64,000 bases of DNA, taken from contig NMRA01000054.1 in assembly GCA_002633005.1 (NCBI GenBank), positions 125,492 through 189,491 on the forward strand, in the 5' to 3' direction. The DNA comes from Phoronis australis. Its lineage: Eukaryota; Animalia; Phoronida. Below the pieces are notes generated by a model, which had not been told where the DNA came from, did no database searches, and was given only the letters and a program-made list of their open reading frames with translations. Shown here piece after piece: positions 1-12,809 of this stretch (its first letter is position 1; each line of letters begins with the position of its first letter). Made by a program: the position numbers and the translations under genes.

Positions 1-973
1 ACGCGTTGTGCAATACATATATTGGGAGTCTTTTAAGTGATTTAAGCCGGTACTCGGCTCAATTTCAGACGGGAGGCATACGGACAAGACGCTCAAAATG
101 GTGGCCTTTTCAAGACCAATTTAATTCTCTACGAAAAGGGCCGTCTTCTGACATATTGCCTTCGAAATGGTGCGTTTTTTGTCACAATTCCGTACGGAAA
201 AGTACTTTCTCCAACACAATTCCCGTTAAAACACTGTGAAATTGGTCTCAAATTGTTCTTTAGTCAATTTTTAGGTGGTTTTAAAAGAGGAGTACATTCG
301 TATCACATGAAATCATGCTTTACAAGTAGGCTTTTTACAGCATTTCATTTTATGTGCCAAGCATAAACGTCACAACTTTCAGATCAGTAGCAAACTGATC
401 TAACTAGACACCAAGTTTATATCGGTAAGTTGTCTACATCCAACGTTCGCTTCTCGGAGAGAACACACTCGGTTGCCTGAAGTGAATTTTTATCTTTACT
501 TAAAGTAATACACATGGTCCAACACAGACGATGAGCTACATGTATGTACATGGAATACAAATTTGCAAACATACCGGTAATACATGTAGCGGCTAACGTC
601 TCCGCCTAGTAATGAGGCGCAGAGATTTTGCTTAGCAAGGGCATATGGCTCAGGATTCTTTCACCTCGCGAGCACAAGCCTTCCAAATATGTGGGTGCGG
701 TGAACTAAATGCTAAGAGGATAAACAACCCCCTCGGCCTTCACGATCCATGACCCCCTCAATCCACGACCCCCTCGACCCAAAATCCCCACGAGCCACGA
801 CCGCCTCGACCCATAACCCAAACGAGCCAAGACCCACAACCCCCTCGACCTACGGGCCTCTGGCAATAGATGTATCGTTGCGCTCTTTACACATTTCATA
901 ATCATATTATGTCGCTGAGTGACTTTCCCCATAAGACTTACCTACACGCGAATCTGCTCTTGCTCAAGTCAGA

Positions 974-1355
974 GACCGGTCTCAATCTTTTTACTCGAAA
1001 TAGAACTCGAAATTATGTTTGGCATTTTCTATTCTACTTTTGTGCGAAGTCAAGGTTAGTGTCTATTATTCTATGCTCGAGTACATAATGGCTTACATGA
1101 ATAATTTATTAGGAAAATTACAGTTGATAAACCCAACATTAAGGCTAAATGTTAGAGTTTGAACTCGAAATTTCGAGTTTTTACTCGTGTTTGTAGCACG
1201 ACTATAAGGGTGATCAAGAGCAAACTTGGACTAGAAACTCACATGCGCAAACTATAATGTATTTGAACACAGTCTGATAACCACTTATCTTGAGTTCGCA
1301 CAAAAGGAGCAGAGAACAAGCCAAAAATAATTTCGAGTTCGTTTCGAGAACAAGG
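974..1355 (-). mobile_element. PIF/Harbinger-like MITE, inverted and end-damaged copy of the 24680-25080 element
   Basis: Aligns in reverse complement to 24680-25080 over its length (starts gaccggtctcaatctttttactcgaaa). One TIR is truncated. Flanked by a 19-bp direct repeat at 952-970 and 1356-1374. Confidence 0.85.
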
Positions 1356-2139
1356 ATCTGCTCTGGCTCAAGTCTGGTGGCTCACTAAAGTGGCGACAAT
1401 ATCATCTGAAATAGCGGATTGTGAGCGTGCTATCCTTTTCACGGAAATAGTTCCACGAGCAGTTACCAATGGCCCTAAACGTGAATGCACATAATTTCAC
1501 ATTTTTTTATTATTTGCTTTCTGTTGTATACTCGTTAACAATACACTCCATGTAACGTTGAGATATTTTAGTTAACAGTTTGTTTTTTTCAAATTGTACT
1601 TATTGAAGAAATTGCATATTTGTCGGTTCCTCGCGTTCTCCCAAAAAAGCTTGAGCCTGCCATTCACTGAAGAGCAGACGAAACGATTACACTCTGTAAC
1701 GTTGTTAGGTTTTTTATTTGATTTGATCACGTTGTTTTTTTTTCCGCTTTCAAACTTGGCGAATCGACTCGTTTAGCAGGGAAAAGTCAGTCGAGCTCAC
1801 GGTCAAACTCGTTGGTGATGTAAGTCAGCGCTTGTTCTAGGATCAGATCGAGTAACTTGTGTAGACCGGATCGAGGGGGTCGTGGGTCAATTTAGAACAT
1901 TCCTGGAATTATTGTATCACTTGATCACTTGAAAACAACGACTAGCTCTCCCTTGTTCAAATGGCCGGTGATCAAAATGTGTTGTCTGACCTTCAAAAAG
2001 CGATGACCTCACGCTATAAACTAGTTGCCTGGACCCAAAACACGATGACCAGAGATCAAACAGGACGGCCGGACTTCCTCAGAGATTCCACTTTGAATGT
2101 CTGGAAGTGACATCTAGCGTTTATTTTTCGCACTCGCTT

Positions 2140-2300
2140 TAGGTTCGGCCAATCATTTTTAGGTGAGGCTATCTGATTTCGAGGTACCGGCCAGCCCTTT
2201 TTGAGGTCCGACCAACAAGTTAGAACATCGGCCATTTGGTTTTGTAGTTCAACTAGCTGGTTTCGTAGTACGTGCAAGTGGTTTTGAAGTCCGACCAATT
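2140..2300. repeat. Degenerate ~21-bp tandem repeat, about 8 units
   Basis: Minus-strand units such as ttggtcggacttcaaaaccac, ctagttgaactacaaaaccaa and ttggtcggacctcaaaaaggg. Confidence 0.55.
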
Positions 2301-3168
2301 GCTGATTACCCCCTTGTTAACGGTTGTAAAGATGATTCATCGTCGGTTTTTGGCGAACGTATGCGCACCAATCGTACATAAAGTGACCCTGTACACTGTT
2401 CACTTGTTTACCAGTATGTGAGAGTAGCCTACTCAACGAAAACAATGCACATGGCACACTCTAACTATGAAACGCAAATTTCCACCGAAGGTGTTACGCT
2501 AATAAGTTTCTTGAATAAGCAGTAACTGAATCATTGGATAATTTTATTGAGTCGTTACTTCCTTATTTCAACTAGACATGAGAACCCACCAATGCAGAGG
2601 GGTGTGAGTAGTATGATAGCAGAAACTCACAACAGCGCCCGTTTATACCGTGTTCCTTGTGAACAGAAAAAAGACCATTCTATTAACATTAGACCCTGTG
2701 TCACTTTTACAGCGACAGTTTGGTGGTGACATCCATCATGAACAGTCTTGAGCTTCTTGATCAATTAACTCTTTAAAATTTTTTTGACAAAGCACATAAA
2801 ACCACTGAACTTTTATGTGCTGTTGCGAAGATGAGTTCCATATGGAGCAAAAACAAATCTTACCTGCTTTGATAACAGATAACCAAAACACTATCAAGAC
2901 GAGTAGCCGCATTTTCGCCAGCTGTGGCCGACAAACAGCACCTGTTCGCAGTCTCGACTCAGGCTGTAGAATGTTTCCCTCGCAGTTCCTGTTTTCATTT
3001 ATAAACGGTTCCAGATCATGTTGACTCGGCTTTCTCGCAATGACCTTTGCGTTCCGAGGGGTCACTACTCATTCTTACTTAGACTAGATTGATAAAAATC
3101 TTACGACGAAGTATCTTTTATTTCTTGAAATTATATACAACGTATGAAATTCACCATAGTTACCCCAG

Positions 3169-3605
3169 TGCCGGGTTGCATGAAACAGTCCCAATAGGGA
3201 CTCAACTAAGTTCGCTAAATATTTTGCCTGTTTGTGTCTTTTTTGTACACAGATGTAATCTTTTTCTATCATTTCATCATTATTATGAGCTCCTCTTTGT
3301 TCAATTAAATTTTCTAATACCACTTCTAAGTACTGATCCCTGAATTCAATGACAATAAATAGGGCCGGACTTAGTCCTTAAGTTAGGTGCGCTTAATGAA
3401 AAGATGCTTATTTATTTTCGATAACATCGAGAATTCAACGTCAAGTTCACTCTCGATTTGTATCAAAACCAATAATTGACTTAGTAATGAGACTAAAACA
3501 ACATTAATAAAGGACAATCAGTGTTTTCGACAAGTCCACTAATACGCAGTAGATTTAGGGAATTTAGTTGAGTCCCTATTTGGTACTGTTTCATGCAACC
3601 GGGCA
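3169..3605. mobile_element. PIF/Harbinger-like MITE, 437 bp
   Basis: ~50-bp TIRs (tgccgggttgcatgaaacagt... / ...actgtttcatgcaaccgggca). TSD CAG at 3166-3168 and 3606-3608. Confidence 0.85.
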
Positions 3606-4735
3606 CAGGGTGATATTCACACAATATTCGGCACGACTTAGTCTTTGCACCACGCAGGGAGTGTGGCTTCTGTTGTTTCTATCAATGACGTGTTTCAGCA
3701 GACTGCGTGAATTTGATACACTAACAACAAAGCGATCTACTGTTGGCGGAGACTGGCCCTGCTAGACCGTTAATCGGGTCTTTCTTAAAATTACTTCACG
3801 AATATTAAGAGGAAATCCGAAGCTAGAATCACACTGTTGCATTACTTCCAGTTTACAGGCACAATATTCCCGTCTCACCCATAGTTCATCGTCAACTTGT
3901 TCCAAACATAACGTTTTGAGCTGTATGTGGAATCTTATTGTAGAAATTTCAGCCATCGAGCAAGAATCATCTGTCCAAAGGGCACAAGTACGTCACTAAT
4001 CTAAGTAAGAAACAGAGTTTTACAGGCTGCGTAAATATTCTCACGTTGCTGTTGAGTTGTCAGTCTATTTCATTGTTTCTCAATCATCAATATCATCGCG
4101 AGTGGTATAGCTACTTCTTAAACGTTTAATGCTGTCATATTCACTTTTAAACTCATTAGATTATTCCGTGAGGATGTTTTTGTTTTATTCAAATACTTGA
4201 TTTTGTTAAAACGTGTTTCTATTATGTTGTCATGTTTAAACCAATCCGATCCATTGTTAATTTCTATCTCTCGCTTGATTTCCCTGCAAACTGAGCTGGA
4301 AATTTGATAGTGATGTTGTAACAGTCAGTGAGCAAAGTTATTCTAATCGAAAACTAACATGGCCAACAAGAGTTGTCACGGTAGTCACTGTCGTGTGCCA
4401 AATGTACGGTCCATATGGTTGATAACTGAGAATCAAATTGAAAGGGTTAATGTACACTGGATAAGTTGTGTCATTTATTGCAAAAACGTTTGTATCATTT
4501 ATTCATAACAGGGTCTTGAAATTTGCTAATTATCTCATGAAAACCATGATATATCCATGATACATTTTACCTACTCAGTATTTATGGGTTTGATAGTTTT
4601 ATCGATGTTATTACTATAGCAGATTCTTGATGTTTATTTTAACTTGTTTTGGCTTTCATTTGAGTCAGTGACAGTGGCACATCCGGTGCATCCAAACATG
4701 TATATGGTAAACTAGAGCAAGGAACTATATACATA

Positions 4736-5398
4736 GAGATGACACGACTGTACTCGCAAGCCAGACAGCACGTGACACGCCGTCCGCCATTTTGATGATG
4801 AACGCTATGTAAACAAAAGCACAGTGGCCTTATGGAAGCCGGGGAATTTTCAGAATAAAATTTGAAATTTTAAGTACTGGTAACATAAAGCATTAATGTA
4901 AATATATGACCCTTGCATTTCTTAATAAACGGTCATACATGTATAAGCCATTGCAAAGACAAAATTCCTAATGCGTTGGCTGAAATTCTCAAGGAGTGCC
5001 GCTAGGGCCTGGGAGGTTTTGTAGGCTCAGTCGAAAAGACAATCACTGTATCAAATGTATCAAGTTTAGAAAATGATATTATACAGCAACATGATTAACC
5101 TTTTTCGTCGTTATAATGGTATAGTACCTAATTTTCAAATGTTTATAAACCGACAAGACGATCAGCTGTCAAGGGGGCCGCTCCTCCATCGCGCCATTAC
5201 ATCACTGTATTCCTCAAGATTTCAGTATGGGCCTAAAAATTCTTTGACCCGACGCCACGTGATTTATTCCAACAAAAAGATTTAAGACATGCGTTCATGT
5301 GAAACACTTGAACACTAAGTAGAAGAAATTAATAGAATCCCATGGAAATCGATGAACATACAAACAGCAGTATGCGTGCGTGTGAAGTCGTGTCATTG
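4736..5398. mobile_element. Putative non-autonomous DNA element
   Basis: Short inverted ends atgacacgact / agtcgtgtcat, with TA on both flanks. No other support. Confidence 0.35.
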
Positions 5399-5832
5399 TA
5401 TGCAACAATTGACCAATGGAACTGCACATGTTTGTGTACAGTTGCATATTCGGAATTGAGGGCATAGGCCAATTTGAATAACAGTTGGGAGCAAAATTTT
5501 GCGAAAGGATAGAGTTATAGAAACTTAAATGTTAACATTATGTATTTCAATGAAAAAAGAAGAATGCACAAGTGACACCAAAAACACCCGGTACTGGTTG
5601 GTAAGGCACGCACATATACATCCTTAGTCGCGTGTGCCGGTGAACACCTTTGCTTGGACGGCCGAAGCCGGAGGTCCCGTGTCTACCTCAGGTAATACCA
5701 AGGAACAATAATTACATTAATATGAATACGTTTTTTCAAAAAAATAAAACGCATGTAAGGGGTGCTGAGTTGTCTCAAGGAAAATTACTTCCAGTGATAC
5801 GCTCATAGCTTTTCTTTAACTATCTAGTATTA

Positions 5833-5925
5833 CAGTGGCGGATCTAGGATATCACTGATAAGGGGGGGCAACACTTTGTGTCGGGCATCCAGCTCAAAAT
5901 ATAGGGGGGCTCGAATTTCTGGGGT
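5833..5925. mobile_element. Orphan hAT-like MITE termini
   Basis: cagtggcggatctaggatatcac is the reverse complement of the end at 7907-7929. It is followed by a fragment similar to the right end of the 20207-20444 MITE. Confidence 0.6.
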
Positions 5926-6754
5926 CTGAGCCCTCCCTCTCACAAACACACACGCACACACCCGCACACAAACTACAAGTGTCCAATATTGTTTCAGCCG
6001 CATGATAATTACCAGGGTTAGTTAATAAACTCACGCTCGTGCTGTTTTTTGACGGCATCCATTCACACAGAAACAACACAATCAGATATTGTAACCATTT
6101 CAAAAAATAAAGTTTTCATTTATTTCAAAATATGTTTAATTTGAAATATTGCCATCACGTAGTAAAATCACACTGTGACAGTAAAAGGGAAATCTCTGTC
6201 TGGTACAAAGTTCGTACTGGTATATGCACTTCACTTCAGCAAAAGTCAGATTTCAACCAACTCTTATTTAATCCCTCAATTCAGTTGGATCTGACATTTG
6301 CTGGCACAAAATTTTGTTACTATTATATTTATATTGACAACACTCAATGGTCGTTAACTGTACCCGCCATGTCCTGCATACCCAGGCATTAATAAATTGT
6401 AAATAGCAGAAGACCATAAACAGGACAGAATATAAAAATGATGATTTTCCTCAAGTAAGACGGTTTCAGATTTTAATAGCTTGCCAGGCTACATAACATT
6501 TGTCCCATCTCTTGAAATCTACAGAAACAACCCATCTACCGTCCCAATATAACATTGTGTGGTGTAGTATCCCTTCCTTCGATCCTGCCCTGTTCCCAAT
6601 AACCTGGCTATTTTTAATAATTCTTTGAATTGGTGTTCACTCTGTTAAAATGCCCAACTATTAATCTTGTAGTCACTTTTTGTTCTTCTTTATTGCTAGA
6701 AACTGAAACAATATATATCTTGGAGAGAACATAAGGTCACTAAACCCACATCGG

Positions 6755-6912
6755 CAGTACTGTAGTGGGGCGCAGTCGCACGTAGGCGCAGCCAACCACC
6801 TTTTGACATTTGAACGTAGTGCCTATACGCACCGTAAGTTACGTTCCGTGCTCAAGGTGACACGGTAGGTTTTGGGCGCCTACTTACCTCCAATGTTACC
6901 ACTACAGTACTG
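6755..6912. mobile_element. hAT-type MITE, 158 bp
   Basis: Perfect 14-bp TIR CAGTACTGTAGTGG. Perfect 8-bp TSD CACATCGG at 6747-6754 and 6913-6920. Confidence 0.9.
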
Positions 6913-7120
6913 CACATCGGACTAAGAAGGAAAGTCAGGTTAAAGGCCACGAAAAATCCGACTTCAATGGGTGTTCTAGGGACCAAATGAAGTTGAACAA
7001 TATTGTTTCTGTGATCGGATTCTCACCCACAAAATCATTCTATTTCAGTTTCAATTTTACGTCTCTAAAGATCAAAAAAAAATATCAATGATCATAGGCG
7101 GATTTAGGGGGGGGGGGGCA

Positions 7121-7304
7121 NNNNNNNNNNNNNNNNNNNNNNNNNNNNNNNNNNNNNNNNNNNNNNNNNNNNNNNNNNNNNNNNNNNNNNNNNNNNNNNN
7201 NNNNNNNNNNNNNNNNNNNNNNNNNNNNNNNNNNNNNNNNNNNNNNNNNNNNNNNNNNNNNNNNNNNNNNNNNNNNNNNNNNNNNNNNNNNNNNNNNNNN
7301 NNNN
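7121..7304. other. Assembly gap (N run)
   Basis: Run of n directly after a poly-G tract. Confidence 0.99.
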
Positions 7305-7645
7305 TAAAGAGAATGGAACCTGAGTGACGATGAAAAAACAGAAGCTGCTGGTAAGATGTGAATTTTAATCGAAGCCTTAGTGAATCACTCAGAAACTCGC
7401 AATACTCTCTTTGTCAAACCTTAACTTAAGACGATTTCCAAAGCAATCCCGTCATTATTGCCAACACGAAAAACGGATTTGGTCTTTTGGGCATTTGAAG
7501 ACTATTTTAAATACGACAAATTTGTTAAGAATTTATGGCACAAAATATAAAACGTATAATAAGCATTACGAAAAGAAGTAGGTTTCGCGCGCAAACGCTG
7601 TGGACCATAAACGAGTAGGTCTTTTAGTATGAGGTTACTAGTTAA

Positions 7646-7716
7646 ATCGTGGTGGTGTAGTGGTAACGCACGCGCATTCTAACCGCCAGGTCGTGAGTTC
7701 AAGTCTTCGGTACGTT
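7646..7716 (+). pseudogene. tRNA-derived (SINE-head-like) Pol III cassette inside a MITE
   Basis: A box tggtgtagtgg, loop ttctaac, B box gagttcaagtc and a downstream T-run. The cloverleaf stems are imperfect. Confidence 0.6.
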
Positions 7717-9207
7717 CAGTTTTCCTTTTTGACACGTTCTCCGTTTTTTTTTCTTGAATAATACTTCAGGAATCAAGGAAAATGCTTGATTTTTAGAGGT
7801 AAAAACAGAAAAATTTCCTCCCCCCCATTCGGTGCTATGCGCATCTACAATCGTGGTTCAGTTTGCGCAAATGCTTACAGCCGGACAAAATGTTGGGCCC
7901 CCCCTTGTGATATCCTAGATCCGCCACTGATGATTCTGGGTCTAATACCAGAAGTCAAACTTTATTTTTGATGTTTTCTGCTATAACTAAAGATAAGTGT
8001 TAAGACCCTTTAATGCTGTGCTCAAGTATTTAATGATTTTCTTGGATGATTTTCTAAAAATCCCAGTTTGCACTTGATGATCCTGACATTAAAGCTATGA
8101 GTTTTTGCTTGAAATCCCGTGTTGTTACCAATATTAGTTCCTAGATACTACACAGTAGCCTACACACGGCATCTCGATGAACATGGTTCATCAGCAAGAT
8201 GGCGGACCACTCCGCTCAACGAAAACCACTTGATGTCAACTCTAGCTATATTTATCTCATTGAACTAGAGTGCGTTCTCACGTCTATGGAACGCTTTCCC
8301 AACATTGATGAAGAACCAAGTCAATGCCTGTCCCGGCGTTCACGTGATGTGAACATCACGTTTGCACAGTCGACCCATTCTTTGTGAGTGTCTTGGAGAT
8401 TAAGCACGATATATTACACACTAGACCGTCGTATGCTGTCCAAAACCGGCCGTGCTTTCCTAGGTTGTTTCCCAGCCGGTGTTACCAAAGAATTCCCTGG
8501 GGACTGTTTCATGAAAAGTGACACAAGACGTTTGAATATGTTTCAGTTAAGACAGGAAAACGAGATAAATTATGATCAAAGACGAAAATTTAAGAAAGAT
8601 CGTTTCATTATTGGTATTTATTAACACTGAGAAATTTAGTCGGGTTTGGACAAAGGTGAACATACAAACAACATTTTCGCCACCTGTTACGAATTCAGGA
8701 AAGTAAGCGAGGCGTTGTGTGAAATACGGCTCCAGCATAACCTTGTCATTAGAACTCTAAATGGGGATTACAAAAAAGAACTAAAACCCAAAACTGGACT
8801 TTTATTTCAGCTGAGCGACGTTGCGTCATCATCGCGAGGACTTTCAATAGCTAATACCGTGGTGGCGTTCGGCGTATACGTGTAATGATGATACGCAGCC
8901 CGCGATCCCATGCCTTTTGGAAAGTTGGAATCTCTAATCGGCATTCAACCTGTTCATACATGGGCTTCATAACCCCACGTTTGAACCAGTTTTACTCACG
9001 ATCCAAAATGCGAACATCACTGGTGTCAAATGAATGTCCTGCAGTCTTGACACGAGATACTTTTGAAAGACTCCTTGGTTCCATCCAGGTAGAGATCAGT
9101 GCATCCCGTGTCCTCCCACATAATACCATAAACCACATTGGAGGCTTTTCCCTGGGAACTTGTCTTTCACCCGGACCCACTTGGTACCTGAGAGAGCTGA
9201 TGGGTTT

Positions 9208-10924
9208 TGTCAAGAATGACTTCTTGATGATTTTATCTATTCTGAGAATTGTGCCTTATTTGGGCCCAACTACACGTTTAAAACTATTGGTTAGTTTAAC
9301 TCCTCCTACTCATACCATGTGATTACTACACGTGGCTGCATGACGTCAACAGATGTAAAAAGGAAACGATTAATATATAAGCAGCATTCGGCGCAAATAC
9401 CACTAGAATTCAATCTACACGGGTAACATCAATCAGCCTGCACTCAAGGGATGGGCCGATTGAGAATTCTACACTCATCGTTCCAAGAATCCTCACTCCT
9501 ATGAGAAATTACGTACCGCCCACGGTGACAGCACAACTAGACCTGGCCAAACACGTGAGCAGTTCGGCATTCGACATTGACATCCTGATCGGCGCTGATT
9601 TCTACTGGACCATTGTGTGCGACCACGTCATTCGCGACGACGGACCAATGGCCGTCCAAACCAAATTTGGATACATGATTTCCGGCCCCACCCACTTGCC
9701 AAGTCACGTGAATACATGCGCCTCCTTCAAGGTTATGATTGACAGCCCCGATGACATCACAACTGGGAGTTGGAAACTATTGGAATCGACGACCCCACAT
9801 CATGCGACACAAAATTTGTCATCATTCGACAGTTACCGAGAAACGCTACAACGCGATGACGTCACGGGACAGTACATCGCGACCCTACCATGGAAACAAG
9901 ACCACGAACCCTTGCCAACCAATTACGCACTGGCAAACCACAGAACTCGCGCTATGGTCAAACGGCTCACACCTGAGAATTTACAGCATTATGACAACAT
10001 AATATGAGAACAACTACAACGCAAATTCATTGAAGAAGTCCACAACGACAATCCAACCACAAGTCATTATTTAACACATCACCTGTACAAAAGGACTCAA
10101 CCACAACACATATCCGGATAGTATACGACTGCAGGGCAACCCAGTCTCAACCAATACCTGGACACAGGTTAATGTCTGCTTGGAGACCTCGCATCTATTC
10201 CCCTACGCTTCCGAGTACACGAAACAGGCACTTCAAGCGACATTGAAAAGGCATTTCTCAACGTTTAGTTAGCTCAGCAGGACCGAAATTACACCAAATT
10301 TCTCTGGCTGTCCAATCCACACGATCGGAACAGCGACTTCAAAGTTCTACGCTTCTCCTCTGTACTGTTTGGATCATCGTCCTCACCGTTCATTCTAAAC
10401 TCGGTGCTATAACATCATTGAATACAAATCATCATTCATCAACGTGACTAATGATATTTATGTTGACAATATTGTACGCAGCATGCCCCGAGGCAATGCA
10501 AACCAATACTACACAGCAATCAACGAGTTACTTGATACAGCTGGCTTCCATTTATTTACTTAACATTTGCATGTATCATGTATTCTTATGTAAACGATGT
10601 AGTTAGCCTCCTATATTACCTAGTTTAACGTTCATTGTACCTAACCGTATCACACTTGTGTTTGTTAACATTTTTCTGGCGGCGGAGTGTCAAGAATGAC
10701 TTCTTGATTATTTTATCTATTCTGAGAATTGTGCCTTATTTGGGCCCACCTACATGTTTAATACTATTGGTTAGTTTAACTCCTCCTACTCGTACCACGT
10801 GATTACTACACGTGGCTGCATGACTGTATTATTATATTGTAGTTTCTGTGCAAATAAAATCAGTTGTTCTTTTAACCTTACACGAACCAGTTATCACTTT
10901 TGCTCTACCAATTCATTCCACACA
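9208..10924 (+). mobile_element. Internally deleted BEL/Pao LTR retrotransposon
   Basis: TG...CA ends and 5-bp TSD GGTTT (9203-9207, 10925-10929). The 5' LTR remnant 9208-9344 matches the 3' LTR 10688-10924, which is preceded by a purine-rich ggcggcggag. Pao-type pol motifs are present. Confidence 0.93.
9501..10550 (+). pseudogene. BEL/Pao pol fragment (peptidase region + RT), with stops and frameshifts
   Basis: IDILIGADFYW, GPMAVQTKFGYMISGP and LPWK..LPTNY in ORF 9501-10007. Downstream broken motifs RIVYD, LRFR..SDIEKAFL, FLW, LFGSSSSPFIL and IYVDN. Confidence 0.9.
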
Positions 10925-12809
10925 GGTTTGAAAGCTGTGGCAATGTCAACCCTTTTTAAGTGAAACTTAATTTTGTTCCAGATTTCGTGGGTTGATATGC
11001 TCGGTGAAAAGCCCAGTCGAGTTCCTCCGTCTGTTCCCGTGAATTAGCCCTGAAATCTAATGCACAAATAACCCAAGTTTGTGGATCACAGGGTGGTTTG
11101 AGTCGAACTGAAGGCAGTGGTCCTCATGGCTGGGTTTACTGTAGACTGTGGTTGAGAACCTCCCCTCTTGAAGCTAACGAGACAGTGTAGGAAATGTAGG
11201 AGTGAGTTGTCCTTGCTGTATTCTTGTGTAAACTTAATGTTGGGGTCTGTCTGATTGATGAAATGCAAAAATTTTCTCAACTCTGATTTCTTGAGCATTA
11301 CGAATGTGTCATCGACGTCCCTCAAAACTTGGAAGAGTACCATGTCGTAGCTCTCCAGAGCTTTCCGTTAAAGTTCTCCATATGGGAGCACAACCGTGAA
11401 GTTGTAAGTAATTGCTCATTGAAAGAGAAGTAATCAGTCTTGAGACACGTAGTTTACATAATATTATCAACTGACAGGGTGATCCTGTCAGATAGAACGA
11501 GTACCATCCAGATGTAGGGCTCTCTTCACACAGACCAGATTATCAACTGGAGGGACGCTACTAAACATAGCACAGACATCGTATGAAGTAACACTTCAGT
11601 CTTATTCAACGGTAAAGTTTCTAATCTTACTCACAAGTGTTCAGTATGTGATGTTCTGTATTACTAACAATAAGGTGGCCGGGAGATGATACTAACGATA
11701 TTTCTGGATAAGTTGTAAGACACGTACCCTATCGCAGTTAACAATAGATCTAACAGGAATAGGTTCCGGTCGATAAATCTTTGATAAACCATAGAAAGCG
11801 GGTATATCGTGGGTTCAGTAGGTCTAAATTTAGAGGTGTCAGAGATGGTACCTGATTTATGCAATACACCGATAATGTTCATAGACTTCTTCCTGAAGCT
11901 TAGTGTAGGGTTGTAAGTCACGTTTTGACACTTTTTGGCTCAATAAGAAGGTTGCCATATTTTACATGTCCACTGGGAACTACGACAGAATAACCTATAT
12001 ATGCCCCAAACTAGGGGTTATTCGCATATTGGAATACAGGGCTAATAATGTTCCCAATTTACATGAACAGACTGCTAAGGAGCTTGAGTACAATAGAAAA
12101 AAGTTGAGTAGATGTGGTTTCCCACCTTGTTCTTTTCCCAGAGTCAATCACCCAAGTAGTCTTCAATGTCTATTAAACGTACACAAAACATCAGGTTTAC
12201 TAACCCCTCCATATCCGGGGTCTCGGACAGAATTAAGTTTCACTTGAGAAGGTTTGACATTGCCACGGCTTTCAACCTCATCAATTCTCTCAGGAGCCAA
12301 ACTGGTCCGGGTGAAAGACAAGGTTCTTCAATGAGGTTCATGACATTAATTATGTGTACCTGAAACCATTTTACATCGTGAGGAAAACTGGCTCAAACGT
12401 GGATGAATCCACATACGAACGGGTTGAATGCCCCTCCTTGAATCAACAAGGCGGATCAAGATTCCAACTTTACAAGACGAACGCCACCTAGGCATTAGCT
12501 AGTGAAAGTCCTCTCGCGATGAGGACGCAACGTCGCTCAGTTGAAATGTAAGTCCAGTATTGAGTTTTAGTTCCTTTCTATATTTATCGACTGGATGTCT
12601 AATATTCACCAATTGATTCCAAATGGGGATCATTTAACACCATTTTCGATACAATTGGGATCTTGCGTACGCACGAAAACCCTCGTATGACTGCAAGATA
12701 TCACTTCGCATGTGCAGGTTGGCAGCACTGCATTGTCTTTATGAGACTACGCAGCTTTGCCGCTCCAGTTAAATCGAAAGTATACGATCTTCTATTTGAC
12801 GTTATTCAG

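Larger units (their letters stand above)
7093..7929. mobile_element. hAT5-like non-autonomous element spanning an assembly gap
   Basis: Ends cataggcggatttagg / cctagatccgccactg (13/16 inverted match) with G/C-run subterminal motifs. 5-bp TSD ATGAT at 7088-7092 and 7930-7934. Confidence 0.6.
8769..12620 (-). mobile_element. Degenerate Penelope-like retroelement (RT + GIY-YIG) with an inverted 3' duplicate, interrupted by an LTR element
   Basis: Minus strand carries RT remnants (11086-11343 RDVDDTFV..INQTDPNIKFTQE; 11664-11921) and the endonuclease C-terminus (GHSFDTSDVRILDRE*NWFKRGV, ~8970-9050). A homologous 3' part lies on the plus strand at ~11975-12610. 10-bp flanking direct repeat AAATGGGGAT at 8759-8768 and 12621-12630. 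Confidence 0.88.

Noticed and set aside
231-237. CACTGTG as a Transib/RSS-heptamer terminus
   Set aside because: It is a single 7-mer and any partner end would be outside the window.
3075-4010. Inverted 16-mer ttcttacttaga(c/t)tag as TIRs of an outer element
   Set aside because: Short match with no TSD or second copy.
5833-7929. A single 2.1-kb element using the best-matching TIR pair
   Set aside because: There is no TSD for this pairing, whereas 7093-7929 has ATGAT on both sides. The gap leaves some doubt.
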